Assembly: GCA_030390025.1 (NCBI GenBank)
Contig: CM059433.1
Span: 28,522,001 to 28,586,000 of the forward strand
Direction: 5' to 3'
DNA length: 64,000 bases
DNA from: Squalus acanthias
Lineage: Eukaryota
The stretch's first letter is position 1. The number at the start of each line of letters is the position of its first letter. Below the pieces are notes generated by a model. The model did not search any database and was not told the DNA's origin. It worked only from the letters and a program-made list of their open reading frames with translations. Position numbers and translations under genes: made by a program. This document shows positions 61,478-64,000 of this stretch, one piece after another.

Positions 61478-62075
61478 AGAAAACATAGAAAAACATAGAA
61501 AAATAGGAGCAGGAGTCGGCCATTCGGCCCTTCGAGCCTGCTCCGCCATTCAATATGATCATGGCTGATCCTCTATCTCAATACCATATTCCCGCTCTCT
61601 CCCCATACCCCTTGATGCCTTTTGTGTCTAGAAATCTATCTATCTCCTCTTAAATATATTCAGTGACTTGGCCTCCACAGCCTTCTGTGGTAGAGAATTC
61701 CACAGGTTCACCACCCTCTGAGTGAAGAAATTTCTCCTCATCTCAGTCCTAAATGTCCTACCCCGTATCCTGAGACTGTGACCCCTTGTTCTAGACCCCC
61801 AGCCAGGGGAAACATCCTCCTGCATCCAGTCTGTCTAGCCCTGTCAGAATTTTATACGTTTCAATGAGATCCCCTCTCATTCTTCTAAACTCTAGAGAAT
61901 ACAGGCCTAGTCGACCCAATCTCTCCTCATACGACAGTCCTGCCATCCCAGGAATCAGTCTGGTGAACCTTCGCTGCGCTCCCTCTATGGCAAGTATATC
62001 CTTTCTTAGGTAAGGAGACCAAAACTGCACACAGTACTCCAGGTGTGATCTCACCAAGGCCCTGTATAACTGTAG
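61478..62075 (-). mobile_element. CR1 LINE 3' part
   Basis: QLYRALVRSHLEYCVQFWSP...RRMRGDLIETYKIL; tail ttctatgttt. Confidence 0.9.
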
Positions 62076-62208
62076 CTGTTCCCAGTTCACAAAACGTGAA
62101 ATCAAGTCAAAACCATTTTTAAAATTCGTCATGCAAAATATTGTGAAAAAGATCACACTGAAGAAAATGAGATATGCCATACTTTATGCGAGCGTCAAAT
62201 ACATGTGC

Positions 62209-62670
62209 TAGCCATGACTCAGTTGGTAGCACTCTCGCATTCTGAGTCAGAAGGTCATGTGTTCAAGCCCCACTTCATGAGAGCTGCGCACATAATCTAG
62301 GCCGACACTCCAGTGCAGTGCTGAGGGAGTGCTGCACTGTTGGAGGTGGTGTCTTCAGGATGAGATGTTAAACCGAGGTCCCATCTGCCCTCTCAGGTGG
62401 ACGTAAAAGATCCCACGGTACTAATTCAAAGAAGGGTAGGAGTTCTCCCAGGTGTCCTGGACAATATTTATCCCTCAACCAATATTGCTAAAAAAAAAAA
62501 CACATAATCTGGTCATTATCACATTGTTGTTTGTGGGAGCTTGCTGTGCATGAATTGGCTGCTAGATTTCCCACAATACAACAGTGACTACACTTCAATA
62601 TGTACCTAATTGGCTGTAAAGCGCTTTGGGATGTCCTGATGTTGGCTATATAAATGCAAGTCTTTTTTTT
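62209..62670 (+). mobile_element. DeuSINE (SacSINE1-like)
   Basis: Head, Deu core and tail all present. Confidence 0.85.
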
Positions 62671-63309
62671 GCTGCTTCCCAAAATTTAGTAACAGGTTCA
62701 AACATTTCCCAAACATATTTCTATAACGCAATTCAATCCAGTAGTCTGTGATCTTAAAAGATAAAAATAACCTTGCCAGAGATCATCAAAACTCGCCTGA
62801 GCCAATTGCTAAGACATCTACTTCCAGTACTTAAATGAACAAGAACAAAAGTGTTTCTGCTTGCCTTAACTGACTGTAACTGTTGGCTGCTACCTTTGCC
62901 GACTTCTTTACAAGATCTTTCTTCCCAGGTGAAACGCCCAAGACTTTTCCTCCCTGCCTTCTGTCCTCTTTCCTTACTCCTGGAGTGCCAGCAGCAGACT
63001 TCATTTGCCAAGAGTGAAAAGGTAAAACGAAACAAAGAAACCTGTCAGTTCCTGCTAGAATTACCAGGGTCACAGAATGTGTTGAATTGCGAGTCTGCTC
63101 TCCCAAGAGATGCGAGTGAATGAATGATGGCCAAGATTCAATCCAGCAACTCTACAATGAATGTACATGTTAACCTCGTAATCGTAGGTGAGTAGAGTTA
63201 AGTTGACTTTGAAGAATGCAGATCCTCAGCGCATTTCGTCTGACTGATGAGATAAGAATTGTTTCTGACAGTGCACTCGGTGGGAGGACAGTTTCAGTTT
63301 CCCACTAAA

Positions 63310-63862
63310 CGATAACAACAACAACAACGTGCATTTATATACCGTAGTAAAAACATCCCAAGGCGCTTCACAGGAGCGTTAAACCACATAAGAAGATATT
63401 AGGAAGGCGACCAAAAGCTTGGTCAAAGAGGTGGTTTTTAAAAAATTCATTCACGGGATGTGGGTGTCGCTGGCTAAGCCAGCATTTATTGCCCATCCCT
63501 AATTGTCCTTGAGAAGGTGGTGGTGTGCCGCCTTCTTGAACCAATGCAGTCTTGTGGTGAAGGTACTCCCACAGTGCCGTTAGGGAGGGAGTTCCAGGAT
63601 TTTGACCCAGCGATGATGAAGGATCGGCGATATACTTCTAAGTCAGGATGGCGTGTGACTTGGAGGGGAAGTTGGAGGTGGTGGTGTTCCCATGCGCCTG
63701 CTGCCCTTGTCCTTCTAGGCGGTATAGGTTGCGGGTTTGGGAGGTGCTGTCGAAAAAGCCTTGGCGAGTTGCTGCAGTGCATCTTGTAGATGGTAGTGTC
63801 TTAAAGGAGGGTAGAGAGGTTTAGGGGGGAATTCTAGAGCTTGGGGCCTCGGCAGCTGAAGC
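63310..63862 (-). mobile_element. L2 3' end interrupted by a third-family LINE 3' fragment (about 63440-63795)
   Basis: L2 gaggtggttttta|...|gtgtcttaaaggagg is contiguous; the insert matches 47268-47620 in reverse. Confidence 0.8.
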
Positions 63863-64000
63863 AGAGGTAACAGTGCCGGACGGGAAAGGAAGCTGTTGCT
63901 GAAGGTGAGCTGGATGCATTCAAACAGATAGGAGTGGAATCACACAAGGGTAATCCGTGGAACTGGATATCAGGCGTGGCAAAGGAGAAGGATGGTGTGG

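Overview
Eukaryotic, repeat-dominated DNA. The SINE/LINE repertoire points to a cartilaginous fish (shark-like); this is an inference, not a database match. I found no intact host protein-coding gene: the long ORFs in the supplied track are tandem-repeat artefacts or retroelement fragments. The window holds many CR1 and L2 LINE fragments, a third LINE family and two tRNA-derived SINE families (one DeuSINE/SacSINE1-like), each sharing its 3' tail with a LINE in the window. It also holds two decayed PIF/Harbinger transposons (intron-containing Myb/SANT gene, plus a HARBI1-like transposase in one), at least nine Harbinger-type MITEs, two hAT-like elements, Penelope-like (PLE) fragments, a 2.8-kb 21-bp minisatellite and a G-rich satellite spanning a 200-N gap. 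Most notable: (1) an ORF1-only Tx1/L1-type retrotransposon with both ends, an A-tail and a perfect 15-bp TSD, inserted in the tRNA-like head of a SINE; (2) a minimal hammerhead-ribozyme motif in a PLE, and a perfect 118-bp fold-back insertion centred on that ribozyme's AAGCTT palindrome; (3) a minisatellite whose unit resembles a MITE terminus; (4) a microhomology-templated 254-bp local copy of a LINE 5' junction. Boundaries of old repeats are approximate (about +/-20 bp) unless TIRs or TSDs are quoted.
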